This document shows positions 1-9,393 of a stretch of 64,000 nt of DNA, piece after piece. Each line of letters starts with the position of its first letter. Positions within the stretch are counted from its first letter, which is position 1. The DNA lies in NCBI GenBank assembly GCA_900548725.1, contig URLV01000003.1:885-64884 (forward strand), read 5' to 3'. The translations under genes were made by a program, and so were the position numbers. The notes under the pieces are model-generated. The model was not told the DNA's origin, did no database searches, and saw only the letters and a list, made by a program, of their open reading frames with translations. This DNA is from an uncultured Mycoplasmatota bacterium (GTDB taxonomy: Bacteria; Bacillota_I; Bacilli_A; RF39; UBA660).

Positions 1-1175
1 TAATATTCTACACACATTTTGCTATTAGAAGAAACAAAATTCTCATCAATTTTATCTGCATACCAAAATTTTGCTAGCAGTAACAAATTTGAATTATCAC
101 CATAAATAGTTGTATTCCAATTATACTCATACCAAGGCCATGCATCCTGATTTTCACATTTATTTACTACATTACAATTTGAGTATACTATAACAGGAAT
201 TGAACTATCTTCTTCATTTGACGAATAATAAATAAATTCACTCTGTTTTGCATAACTATCATACGCTAACGTATCTTTTTTTGTTCCATCTTCATTTTGC
301 AATGCAAAATTATAAAAACAATAGTAATTATGCCAACTTTTAGAATTGACCGAAGCATATAAGCAAGTCAATTTTTTATCCTCGATATTAATTCTTTCTT
401 CTGGTTCAACTTTTTCTATATTACCATTTTCAGTAATTCTCGCTTTTGAAAGTGTAACTGGTATTTTATCATTTAGAATTATTTTTATACTTCCATCACC
501 ATTTATTCTTACTATTCTCCAAATTTCATTTGAAAATTTCAAATAATTATTTTTAATATTTCCATAAAAATACAAACTATTACCAGCATCATCTGGCAAA
601 ATATATAATCCTTTATCCTCTTCTTTATAATCATCTCTATCAGGATAACCAAAAAACACTTTATTATTTAATATTAATAAATCACTTAAACTAGAAGAAC
701 TTCCACTACTAACTTTATTATTACACAAATACAATGTTTTATTTTTATCTATCTTCCATGATGCTTCTAACTGATATTGATTATTTTCACAAAAATAACT
801 ATCTGTTTTACTTTCACTGCCATCTAAAAGTAAAACATAATAATCTTCATTATTTCCTAATTTTTTTTTATCTTTATATTCATTATATATAACATTTGCA
901 TCTTCTTTTTTAACATATCCTTTATTTACTAAAATAGATAAAGGTTTTTTCACTCCACCTCTACCTTTTTCTATTTCGTTTATATAATTATTTCCATCAT
1001 CATCTTTTTCCACATTTGCAAATACTTTTGCTGCATCTAATATAATGTTTGTTATTTTTTCTATATTTTTATCTTTATTATTTTTTACTAATACTACTGT
1101 ACTTATTGTACCAATCAATGTAATAATTCCAAGACAAATAATTATTTCTATTATTGTAAATCCTTTTTTATTCAT
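1..1175 (-). CDS. Large pilin-like protein with prepilin-type N-terminus (partial; C-terminus beyond window start)
   Basis: Not in the ORF track because there is no stop inside the window. ATG at 1175 reads MNKKGFTIIEIIICLGIITLIGTISTVVLVKN. The same frame is still open at 3-59 (...ADKIDENFVSSNSKMCVEY); only the two ends were hand-checked. K-G|F-T-x-I-E plus a hydrophobic helix is the type IV prepilin cleavage/methylation motif. Confidence 0.6.
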   Translation of the reverse strand, partial: MNKKGFTIIEIIICLGIITLIGTISTVVLVKNNKDKNIEKITNIILDAAKVFANVEKDDDGNNYINEIEKGRGGVKKPLSILVNKGYVKKEDANVIYNEYKDKKKLGNNEDYYVLLLDGSESKTDSYFCENNQYQLEASWKIDKNKTLYLCNNKVSSGSSSSLSDLLILNNKVFFGYPDRDDYKEEDKGLYILPDDAGNSLYFYGNIKNNYLKFSNEIWRIVRINGDGSIKIILNDKIPVTLSKARITENGNIEKVEPEERINIEDKKLTCLYASVNSKSWHNYYCFYNFALQNEDGTKKDTLAYDSYAKQSEFIYYSSNEEDSSIPVIVYSNCNVVNKCENQDAWPWYEYNWNTTIYGDNSNLLLLAKFWYADKIDENFVSSNSKMCVEY

Positions 1176-1182
1176 ATATTTC

Positions 1183-1860
1183 TCATTTTAATAAATTAAT
1201 AATAACTGGTCCTAGTACTAAAAGTATTACTATTGGTACTATAAATAATACAGAAATAACACTTACTTTTACAGGCATTTTATTTATTTTACCTCTAATA
1301 TCTAATAATTTCTTATCTCTTAAATAATCTATTTGATTATTTAAAGAATCTACTACATTATTACCAAATAAAGCACTCTCTGTTATATTTAACAATACAG
1401 TATTAATTTCTTCACTAGGTATTCTATCTTTCATTCTAACTAAACTTTCATTTAAACTCTTACCTAATTTAATTTCTCTTAAAGTTTCTTTAAATTCATT
1501 ACTAATTTCACTATCTATAGAATTACAAGTTAATTCTATTCCACCTTGCAAATTTCTACCACTTTCTAAAGTAAGAGATAATACTTGAAAAAAGAATATA
1601 GCTTCATAATTTAATTTATTTATTCTTTTCTTTATCTTACTATCCAATACTATTTCAAAAGTAAAGTAAACAAGTATACCCACTATTGGACCATAAATAT
1701 ATCCTTTACTATTAAATATAAGAAATAATAAAAATATAACTAAAGAAATAAATAATCTATAATTCATAAATTTAATTACATTATAATTCTTATAACCTAA
1801 TAGCTTAAACTTCTTACTTAATCTATTTATAGTTCTTTTTCTATATAACATATTAAACAT
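1183..1860 (-). CDS. TadC-like pilus assembly membrane protein (T2SS-F domain family)
   Basis: 225 aa with N- and C-terminal TM segments flanking a soluble region (QVLSLTLESGRNLQGGIELT). Overlaps and follows the TadB-like gene in a CpaF cluster. Confidence 0.55.
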   Translation of the reverse strand: MFNMLYRKRTINRLSKKFKLLGYKNYNVIKFMNYRLFISLVIFLLFLIFNSKGYIYGPIVGILVYFTFEIVLDSKIKKRINKLNYEAIFFFQVLSLTLESGRNLQGGIELTCNSIDSEISNEFKETLREIKLGKSLNESLVRMKDRIPSEEINTVLLNITESALFGNNVVDSLNNQIDYLRDKKLLDIRGKINKMPVKVSVISVLFIVPIVILLVLGPVIINLLK

Positions 1861-2860
1861 CGTTATCCACCTTCATAACTTTTCTTACAACAATAATATA
1901 TAAAATATATAATAATACTATTAATAATATAAATATTCTTCCTAACTTAGTTGTTAATAAAGGTAAAAAATAAGTTGTATTTAACATAGTTATAATTATA
2001 ATTAATACCAATGGAATAGATATTAAAAGTCTAAACATAAATATACTACTACTAGTTAATGATTTCATTTCTTCTTTAATTTTCTTTTTATCATAAAAAT
2101 TCTTCTCTATTGATCCAAATACTTTAACTATATTACCACCAGTTTTATTAATTAAAGATAAACTACTTGTTAAATATTTAATATCTTCTATTTTTACTCT
2201 TTTATAAAATCTATCAAATACAGTTTCTAAACTTAATCCATATTTAATATCTATATTTATTTTTTTAAATTCTTCTTTTATAGGACCTTCTAGTTCAGTT
2301 TCAACTATACTAACAGCTTGCATAATATTCATACCACTTTTAAATGCATTATTCATTATTATTATCGCATTTAATAAATCTTTTTCTATTTGTTTTCTTC
2401 TATTTCTATATTCTATAATTAAATATATATCAAACATAAAGAAACATAATATCATAACAAATACTAATATCATATAATCAAAATTATTTCTTACTAAAGT
2501 AGTTAATGTATATAATATACCAATAATTATACTTATTATAAATTTAATACTAATATAGTCTATCCCTCTTAATTTATAATTATCTCTATTTATACTATAT
2601 TTATCTAATTTCCTACTATATCTTTTTAATACATCACTTTTATTTAATTTTTTACTTATATTTTTTATTAAATTATAAACACTATTAAATAATTTTTCAA
2701 AGAAAGGAAGTTTATTATCTTTTATACTATCTACTGTATAATCATCAAATCTATTTTTCATATCTAAAGAATATCTATCTATTATAATTAAATATAATAT
2801 ACATAGTAATAACCCTATAGACATTGCTATAATAAATAGTATTATAATACTTGTATTCAT
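1853..2860 (-). CDS. TadB-like pilus assembly membrane protein (T2SS-F domain family)
   Basis: 335 aa polytopic protein. The central region NAFKSGMNIMQAVSIVETELEGPIKEEFKKINIDIKYGLSLETVFDRF is typical of GspF/TadB-type platform proteins. Confidence 0.65.
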   Translation of the reverse strand: MNTSIIILFIIAMSIGLLLCILYLIIIDRYSLDMKNRFDDYTVDSIKDNKLPFFEKLFNSVYNLIKNISKKLNKSDVLKRYSRKLDKYSINRDNYKLRGIDYISIKFIISIIIGILYTLTTLVRNNFDYMILVFVMILCFFMFDIYLIIEYRNRRKQIEKDLLNAIIIMNNAFKSGMNIMQAVSIVETELEGPIKEEFKKINIDIKYGLSLETVFDRFYKRVKIEDIKYLTSSLSLINKTGGNIVKVFGSIEKNFYDKKKIKEEMKSLTSSSIFMFRLLISIPLVLIIIITMLNTTYFLPLLTTKLGRIFILLIVLLYILYIIVVRKVMKVDNDV

Positions 2861-2880
2861 AAATATACTTCCTTTCTATT

Positions 2881-4017
2881 TTAATCTAAACCACAATAGT
2901 TATCTTTTATTTCAACTTTATAAGGACAATCTTTTGTTCCTGCTACTTTATTTTCATTTATAGAACAATCATCTTCAACTATATTTACTTTCTCACTGAG
3001 ATTAAGGGTGAAAATAGGGTAAAGATAATAGTGATTAGAATCATCATAAACGAGCGATTTATCATAATTAGATTGTTTTATAAATCCTAAAAACATATCT
3101 TTTTGAAGCCAAGATTCATTATCGTTACCAAATGTATTTAGAACTTCATTATAAAGCATAATTCTTGAATTATAATATTGAGATTCTCTTGAAATATTAT
3201 ATTTGACGATATTATTGATATAATTATATTTAATTCCCTTCATTTTGACAAAACAATTATTTAAAAAATCAAAATTAAATCCATTCATGCATGTGTTTAG
3301 ATCACTTAAAGCACGTTGATCATTAGCTGTGTTTGAAATGGTGTTACAGTAACCTTTTCCATTTTTGATATAATAATTACTTTCCATGAATGGAATTAAA
3401 GAAACGTTACCATTATCAATTGAAACTATTCTAAATTTAAAATTATACTCTTCATCATAATCGCTACGAATTTTTTTACTTAGTTCATTAAAAATAATCC
3501 AATTATTAGGATTTGCTCCTTTTGCAGTGTATTGATTTGAATTAATTGATATTAATTTTTCGACAACTGTATTTTCATTGCTTCCAGAGCCATCATCTGA
3601 CTTACTATACGTACAAATATATATTGCTTTTGAATCATCCCAACTAGTTTTAGTATTTATATCTATACAATCTTTTTTATTTCCTGTAGGAGTTGATAAT
3701 GCTGTAATCGTGTACTTATTTTTTATATCTTTTTCAGATAAATTAGTTCCTTTTAAACTTAATAATCCTTCGTTTATAAGTACTTTAATAGGTATTTTAA
3801 TAGCATTTTTCTCTGTATATAGCTGTGTTTTTGCTTCTTCATTAGTTTCAATATAAACTTGTGTAGCTTTAACTGCTTTATCAGTAATTTGTTCTAATCC
3901 TTTTTTGACTAGGTTTTTATTTACTAAACTTATTCCAACAAAACTACCAACACCAATCAAAACTATCATTGATATACAAATAATTATTTCAATTAATGTA
4001 AAACCTTTTCTATTCAT
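2881..4017 (-). CDS. Large pilin-like protein with prepilin-type N-terminal cleavage/methylation motif
   Basis: N-terminus MNRKGFTLIEIIICISMIVLIGVGSFVG (G|FTLIE, Glu at +5) followed by a ~340-aa Cys-containing globular part. Sits between the CpaF and TadB-like genes. Confidence 0.7.
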   Translation of the reverse strand: MNRKGFTLIEIIICISMIVLIGVGSFVGISLVNKNLVKKGLEQITDKAVKATQVYIETNEEAKTQLYTEKNAIKIPIKVLINEGLLSLKGTNLSEKDIKNKYTITALSTPTGNKKDCIDINTKTSWDDSKAIYICTYSKSDDGSGSNENTVVEKLISINSNQYTAKGANPNNWIIFNELSKKIRSDYDEEYNFKFRIVSIDNGNVSLIPFMESNYYIKNGKGYCNTISNTANDQRALSDLNTCMNGFNFDFLNNCFVKMKGIKYNYINNIVKYNISRESQYYNSRIMLYNEVLNTFGNDNESWLQKDMFLGFIKQSNYDKSLVYDDSNHYYLYPIFTLNLSEKVNIVEDDCSINENKVAGTKDCPYKVEIKDNYCGLD

Positions 4018-4021
4018 AACA

Positions 4022-5356
4022 TCATTCCTTAAATAATTTATCTATATCTTTTACACCATGTGATCTTATTTTATCTATTATTTTAGGTGTTTTATTAGTT
4101 ATTTTAAATGTACCATCTACTTCTTTTGTATCTGTAAGTCCATGTTTTACAAACTCAAATATTGGCTTTAATTCTATTTCATCATTCTTTAAACCAATTA
4201 TCTCACTTATGTTAGTAATTTTTCTTTTTCCATCTGACATTCTTTCTACGTTAACAACTAAATCTATTGCATTAACTATATATTCTCTTATTGCTTTAAC
4301 GGGTATTTCAAGTCCACTCATGAGTACCATAGTTTCAAGCCTATTAAGCGCATCAATTACGCCATTAGCATGAAGCGTAGTAAGTGATCCATCATGTCCA
4401 GTATTCATTGCTTGTAACATATCAAATGCTTCTTTACCACGACATTCTCCAACTATAATTCTATCTGGTCTCATACGCAATGAATTAATTACTAAATCTC
4501 TAATAGTAACTTCATTACCAGCTTCGTAGCTAACAGTTCTTGTTTCAAGTGATATTACATGAGTTTGATGAAGTCTTAACTCAGCAGCATCTTCTATAGT
4601 TATAATACGTTCTTCCCCATCAATAAATCCACCTAATATATTAAGTAATGTTGTTTTACCACTACCAGTACCACCACAAACAATAATATTTAATTTTCCT
4701 CTAACAGCACATGATAAGAATAATGCCATTTCATTAGTTAATGTACCAATTCTAAGCAATTCTTCAATAGATACCATTTCATCTTTAAATTTACGTATTG
4801 TAACAACAGGTCCTTTAACACTCAAAGGAGGTATAACAGCATTGATACGAGAACCATCACTAAGTCTTGAATCAACCATAGGGTTAGCACTGTCTATAGT
4901 TCTACCTAAAGGTTGTATTAATCTTTGAACAGTACGAATAATATGTTCTTCATTAATAAACGAAACACTTTCATCTTTTTCTATTCTACCATCTATTTCT
5001 ATATAAACTTCATGAGGTCCATTAACCATTATTTCTGTAATATTCTTATCACGTAATAACTCAGTTATAGGCCCATTGCCATTTATTTCATCCTCAATCA
5101 TATTAAATATATGACTACGCTCTAAGTTATTTAAATCATATCCTTCAATACTATCATTAATTTCTTTATTAATAAAATCTTTTAATGAATCCCCAGTAGG
5201 TATATCTTTATCTATAATATTTTCTATTATCTTAGTTCTTATATTATCTAATAAAGTTTTATCAGGAAATATTTCATAATCATTAGGTATATCATTTACT
5301 TTTTCTTCTTTTTCTATCTCAAAAGCATCAAGTAAACTCTTACTCATATTTATCAC
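4022..5356 (-). CDS. cpaF: CpaF/TadA family pilus assembly ATPase
   Basis: Walker A GGTGSGKTT, Walker B/Asp box ERIITIEDAAEL, RPDRIIVGECRG and GHDGSLTTLHAN motifs of the VirB11/CpaF secretion ATPase family. Confidence 0.9.
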   Translation of the reverse strand: MINMSKSLLDAFEIEKEEKVNDIPNDYEIFPDKTLLDNIRTKIIENIIDKDIPTGDSLKDFINKEINDSIEGYDLNNLERSHIFNMIEDEINGNGPITELLRDKNITEIMVNGPHEVYIEIDGRIEKDESVSFINEEHIIRTVQRLIQPLGRTIDSANPMVDSRLSDGSRINAVIPPLSVKGPVVTIRKFKDEMVSIEELLRIGTLTNEMALFLSCAVRGKLNIIVCGGTGSGKTTLLNILGGFIDGEERIITIEDAAELRLHQTHVISLETRTVSYEAGNEVTIRDLVINSLRMRPDRIIVGECRGKEAFDMLQAMNTGHDGSLTTLHANGVIDALNRLETMVLMSGLEIPVKAIREYIVNAIDLVVNVERMSDGKRKITNISEIIGLKNDEIELKPIFEFVKHGLTDTKEVDGTFKITNKTPKIIDKIRSHGVKDIDKLFKE

Positions 5357-6110
5357 CTACTTTATTAAATAAATCTTCTAATATTAAATTCATAACTTTA
5401 TAATCTTTTTTATCAACAACATTTTTTTCTAAAGTAATAATCTTTCCATCATATAAATATCCATCTATATTATTAATATAAAATTTATTACTTAATGTAT
5501 AATCTATATTACAACCTATTACTTCTTTTATATCTCCTAAATTATAATAATTTCTATTTTCATATATTCCATTATTTAATAATACTTTATAATTATCTTT
5601 TTCTAAATCCTTAAATATATTTATTAGATTACGCATATTTTTTATATTATATGTATCATTATTTAACATAAACAATATATTATCACTTTTATCTAATAAG
5701 TTTAAGTTTATCTCATTTAATATATGATTAGTATCTAATATTATTAAATCATAATTATATTTTACTTTATCTATTAATATATCTAAGTATGTACTATTTA
5801 TCCTACTAGATTTTCTAGGATCTTTAGGGCATGATATATAATCTATGAATTCATTATAATTTACTATATAATCTTTTATATCTTCATATATGTGATTATT
5901 ATAATCATCTACAAAGTTATATATTGTCTTATTTACTTTTTTATTTAGTGCAAGTGCTATTCCACCACTATATATATCCATATCTATAATTAGTGTTTTT
6001 ATTTGTAAATTACTTGCTACTCCTGCTAATGCTGTTGCAAATGTAGTTTTTCCTACTCCACCTTTAACACTAAATAAACACAATACTTTTCCTTCCTTCA
6101 TATTTATCAC
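5340..6110 (-). CDS. ParA/MinD-type ATPase, TadZ/CpaE-like
   Basis: Deviant Walker A SVKGGVGKTT near the N-terminus. Lies immediately upstream of cpaF, as in Tad loci. Confidence 0.65.
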   Translation of the reverse strand: MINMKEGKVLCLFSVKGGVGKTTFATALAGVASNLQIKTLIIDMDIYSGGIALALNKKVNKTIYNFVDDYNNHIYEDIKDYIVNYNEFIDYISCPKDPRKSSRINSTYLDILIDKVKYNYDLIILDTNHILNEINLNLLDKSDNILFMLNNDTYNIKNMRNLINIFKDLEKDNYKVLLNNGIYENRNYYNLGDIKEVIGCNIDYTLSNKFYINNIDGYLYDGKIITLEKNVVDKKDYKVMNLILEDLFNKVGDKYE

Positions 6111-6554
6111 CTATTCTGTATATTCAAATTTTATATTTCCATCAGTATCTTTTCTTGCATTTACTTTAATAAATGCTTTACTATTCTTTTTAACTTTAAA
6201 TACTATACCAAATATCTTTATTTCTCCCATTTCATTTGTATGATTTTTAAGAGAAGTAAACATTCCGAAATAGCTATGTTCATTACCTACATATAAATCA
6301 TAAGTAGATGGTATTACTACTAAAGCATTTGTCTCATATTTATTTCTTTCATAAAGTCTTTTTATTTCATTTTCATAATCTTCTTCTGTTAATTCTTCAT
6401 TATTTAATACTTCAGTTATTATATTTTCTGTTACACTTTTAAATCTTTTATTTTCATTATAACTAGTTATAGTATCTATTATTATAAGTGCTAAAATAAT
6501 AAATAATGGAATTAATAGTATAAGACCAATATATGATTTACCCGTTTTGTTCAT
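6111..6554 (-). CDS. Membrane-anchored pilus-associated protein (possible TadE/TadG-like pseudopilin)
   Basis: Single N-terminal TM (YIGLILLIPLFIILALIIIDTITSY). Overlaps the TadE-like gene. No clear family motif beyond context. Confidence 0.35.
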   Translation of the reverse strand: MNKTGKSYIGLILLIPLFIILALIIIDTITSYNENKRFKSVTENIITEVLNNEELTEEDYENEIKRLYERNKYETNALVVIPSTYDLYVGNEHSYFGMFTSLKNHTNEMGEIKIFGIVFKVKKNSKAFIKVNARKDTDGNIKFEYTE

Positions 6555-6894
6555 TATATATCTCTCTTTCTATAACAATGTTATTATTTTTAAATATTTT
6601 TTCTAATCCAGGTGTTATATAATTATATTTTTTTTCTAATTTAACTTTTATATATTTTTCATTTTTATTTATATTAACAACAATATCTTTATCGTTTCTT
6701 TTTATATAATTATTTATTTCTTCATCAGTCTCATTATTTTTATACATATTACTTATTTCATTAGTTATATTTTCTAATTTATTTTTAGTATAACTCATAT
6801 TACCATAATCAACTATTGCAAGCATAATAAATATCATAATTGGTAAAATTATTATAAATTCTACTAAAGCTTGTCCCTTCTTATTCATACGCAT
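6538..6894 (-). CDS. TadE-like pseudopilin
   Basis: N-terminus NKKGQALVEFIIILPIMIFIMLAIVDYG matches the TadE-family pattern G-x-x-x-VEF-x-x-x-x-P. First gene of the cluster. Confidence 0.6.
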   Translation of the reverse strand: MRMNKKGQALVEFIIILPIMIFIMLAIVDYGNMSYTKNKLENITNEISNMYKNNETDEEINNYIKRNDKDIVVNINKNEKYIKVKLEKKYNYITPGLEKIFKNNNIVIEREIYNEQNG

Positions 6895-6911
6895 TCTCCT
6901 ATGATATTTAA

Positions 6912-6920
6912 ATTATATCA
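6912..6920 (-). promoter_or_regulatory. Possible extended -10 promoter element for the Tad-like operon
   Basis: Minus strand reads TGaTATAAT (plus attatatca at 6912-6920), about 12 nt upstream of SD AGGAG (6896-6900). The -35 is weak (TTTATT). Confidence 0.3.
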
Positions 6921-7121
6921 AATACTAAAAAAAAAATAAAGTATTTAATGTATAATATAAACTATAAATTGTAAAATATTTATGACTTTCTATTTTACAA
7001 TTTATAAACAATTATTAGATCAAAAAAACATCTATGTAATAATAGACATTTTTGTTAATCCCAAATTTACAACAACTCTTAAGTTAATGACATTGTTTAA
7101 ACACGGGAATCATAATTTAAG

Positions 7122-7197
7122 TGGTGCTGGATATAGGAGTCGAACCCACAACCTACTGATTACGATTCAGTTGCTCTACCAATTGAGCTAATCCAGC
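7122..7197 (-). tRNA. tRNA-Thr (anticodon CGU)
   Basis: Reverse complement is GCTGGATTAGCTCAATTGGTAGAGCAACTGAATCGTAATCAGTAGGTTGTGGGTTCGACTCCTATATCCAGCACCA. It folds as a cloverleaf with anticodon loop ATCGTAA and encoded CCA. Confidence 0.85.
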
Positions 7198-7200
7198 GTA

Positions 7201-7276
7201 TGGCTGCCCAGGTTGGGTTCGAACCAACGGAATCATGGAGTCAGAGTCCACTGCCTTACCACTTGGCTACTGGGCA
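7201..7276 (-). tRNA. tRNA-Gln (anticodon CUG)
   Basis: Reverse complement is TGCCCAGTAGCCAAGTGGTAAGGCAGTGGACTCTGACTCCATGATTCCGTTGGTTCGAACCCAACCTGGGCAGCCA. It has the U1-A72 pair and GCCAAG..GGTAAGGCA D-arm typical of tRNA-Gln, anticodon loop CTCTGAC, and encoded CCA. Confidence 0.85.
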
Positions 7277-7285
7277 ATAAAAGAA

Positions 7286-8656
7286 CTAGAATTTTATTCT
7301 TTCATTAATATAATTTACTAGTTCATTAATATTTAATTTTATTTGTTCCATTGTATCTCTATCTCTTACAGTTACTATGTTATTTTCTAATGTTTCATCA
7401 TCAACTGTAATTGCAAACGGTGTACCTATAGCATCGCATCTTCTATATCTTTTACCAATACTACCTGTTTCATCAAACGATACATTAAATTCACAACATA
7501 ATTTAGAATATATTTCCATTGCTTTAGCACTGTGTTTTTTCTTAATTAAAGGAAGTATTGTCACTTTAATTGGTGCTAAAGCTGGTGTTACTTTAAAGAT
7601 TTCTCTTATTTCACCATTTTCTAGTTCTTCATGTTTTAATCCATCGCATAAAACACTTAAAAATAATCTATCTAAACCAACACTTGGTTCAATAACATAT
7701 GGTAAATATTTTTCATTTGTTTCAGGATCTAGATATCTTAAATCTTGTTTAGAATGCTCCATATGAACTCTTAGATCATAATCTGTTCTATCTGCGATTC
7801 CCCAAAGTTCACCCCAGCCCATAGGATATTTATATTCTATATCAGTTGTTGCTTTACTATAAAATGATAACTCTTCTTTTTTATGATCTCTAAATCTTAA
7901 ATTATCTTTATCAAGACCTAAACTTTTTAAGAAATCCATACAATAATTTTTATAGTATCCAAACCATTCTAAATCTGTATTTGGTTTACAGAAGAATTCT
8001 AATTCCATTTGCTCAAATTCTCTTGTTCTAAATATAAAGTTACCTGGAGTAATTTCATTTCTAAAACTTTTACCAGTTTGACCAATACCAAATGGTAATT
8101 TAACTCTCATACTTCTTTGTACATTTAAGAAGTTTGTGAATATACCTTGAGCAGTTTCTCCTCTTAAATAACATATACTTTTAGAATCATCGGTTACTCC
8201 AATATGAGTTTCAAAAAGCAAATTAAATTTTCTAATATCAGTAAACTCTTTAGAACCACATTTTGGACAACATATTTCGTTATCTCTTATAAAATCTCCT
8301 AATTTTTTATTATCCCAACCGTCTCCAGTTTCTTTGCCTTCAGTAAAATCTTCTACAAGTTTATCTGCTCTATATCTACTTTTACATTTCTTACAATCTA
8401 AAAGTGGATCCGCAAATGAAGCAACATGTCCTGATGCTACCCAAACTTCAGGATTCATAAGAATTGCTGCATCAAGTCCATAATTATAAGGATTTTCTTG
8501 AATGAATTTTTTCCACCAAGCACGTCTTATATTTTCTTTTAATTCTTTACCAATAGGACCGTAATCCCAAGTATTAGAAAGCCCACCATATATTTCACTT
8601 CCTTGAAATATAAAACCATATTGTTTTGCATAATTTACTACATCTTCCATTTTCAT
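7286..8656 (-). CDS. glyQS: Glycine--tRNA ligase (alpha2 homodimeric type)
   Basis: 456 aa. Begins MEDVVNYAKQYGFIFQGSEIYGGLSNTWDYGPIG and carries class II motifs (FRNEITPGNFIFRTREFEQMELEFF, EPSVGLDR). Confidence 0.95.
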   Translation of the reverse strand: MKMEDVVNYAKQYGFIFQGSEIYGGLSNTWDYGPIGKELKENIRRAWWKKFIQENPYNYGLDAAILMNPEVWVASGHVASFADPLLDCKKCKSRYRADKLVEDFTEGKETGDGWDNKKLGDFIRDNEICCPKCGSKEFTDIRKFNLLFETHIGVTDDSKSICYLRGETAQGIFTNFLNVQRSMRVKLPFGIGQTGKSFRNEITPGNFIFRTREFEQMELEFFCKPNTDLEWFGYYKNYCMDFLKSLGLDKDNLRFRDHKKEELSFYSKATTDIEYKYPMGWGELWGIADRTDYDLRVHMEHSKQDLRYLDPETNEKYLPYVIEPSVGLDRLFLSVLCDGLKHEELENGEIREIFKVTPALAPIKVTILPLIKKKHSAKAMEIYSKLCCEFNVSFDETGSIGKRYRRCDAIGTPFAITVDDETLENNIVTVRDRDTMEQIKLNINELVNYINERIKF

Positions 8657-8659
8657 ATA

Positions 8660-9211
8660 TTACATCTCCTTCAAATCTTCATCTAATAGTTTTTCTATCT
8701 CGCTTACTTTTTTCACTATAATAAATTGTTTAAATAAATCATTTGATATAAATCCAGTATCGATATTTTCTTTCATCCACTTAATTATTTTATTATAAAA
8801 TCCATTATAGTTAACTAAAATTATTTTCTTATGACCTAAACTTGCTCTATATTCTTCTAAAGCACATGTAAATTCAGCAAGTGTCCCTATTCCGCCAGGT
8901 AATATTACGGTATAATCACTACCAAAATATAACTTTTTAAATCTTAATAAAGTATCTTTAACTTTAATACATTTTGCTTTTGGAATTTTTTTAAAATCTC
9001 TTTCATATTTAGGAACTGTACATGCATATACTTTTCTGTTATGTTTTATAAATGCCTTATAGCAAGCTCCCATCATAGATTCATTTGCAGCTCCAAATAA
9101 TAAATCAAATTTTCTACTTGCAAAAACCTCTGATACATCTTTAGCAAGGGTTAAATATTCTTCTAATTTTGTGCTATATGCACTAGCTATAAAAACTTTC
9201 AAATTAATCAC
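8660..9211 (-). CDS. LOG family (TIGR00730-type) protein
   Basis: 183 aa with the PGGIGTLAEF motif (PGGxGTxxE) and a Rossmann-like N-terminus. Lies 3 nt upstream of glyQS. Confidence 0.75.
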   Translation of the reverse strand: MINLKVFIASAYSTKLEEYLTLAKDVSEVFASRKFDLLFGAANESMMGACYKAFIKHNRKVYACTVPKYERDFKKIPKAKCIKVKDTLLRFKKLYFGSDYTVILPGGIGTLAEFTCALEEYRASLGHKKIILVNYNGFYNKIIKWMKENIDTGFISNDLFKQFIIVKKVSEIEKLLDEDLKEM

Positions 9212-9235
9212 CTCTTAATTATACTCTTTTTATAT

Positions 9236-9338
9236 ATAAAAAAGACTAAAGATATAGGGGCGAATATGCTCGCTGTTCCACCCTACTTTGGTCTCTTTAC
9301 TTCATAGCTCTAGATATTCCACATCTGTCATCACTTAC
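9236..9338 (-). promoter_or_regulatory. T-box leader (minimal glyQS-type), controls the LOG-glyQS operon
   Basis: Minus strand carries GTAGGGTGGAACAGCGAG (T-box consensus GGGTGGtACCGCG) at 9271-9283. The terminator arms are AAAGAGACCAAAG / CTTTAGTCTTT plus a U-run. A possible Gly specifier is GGA in GATGTGGAATATC. Confidence 0.7.
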
Positions 9339-9344
9339 AAGATA

Positions 9345-9373
9345 ATTTTAATATATTTTTTTACATTTATCAA
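9345..9373 (-). promoter_or_regulatory. Sigma-A-type promoter of the T-box/LOG/glyQS unit
   Basis: Minus strand reads TTGATA (9373-9368), a 17-nt spacer, then TAAAAT (9350-9345). Confidence 0.5.
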
Positions 9374-9393
9374 GTATTTATGTTATATTATTT

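Noticed and set aside
6982-7191. 69-aa plus-strand ORF in the Tad/glyQS spacer.
   Set aside because: Its 3' third is the complement of tRNA-Thr (7122-7197). There is no SD, and the region is better explained by the tRNA genes and the promoter spacer.
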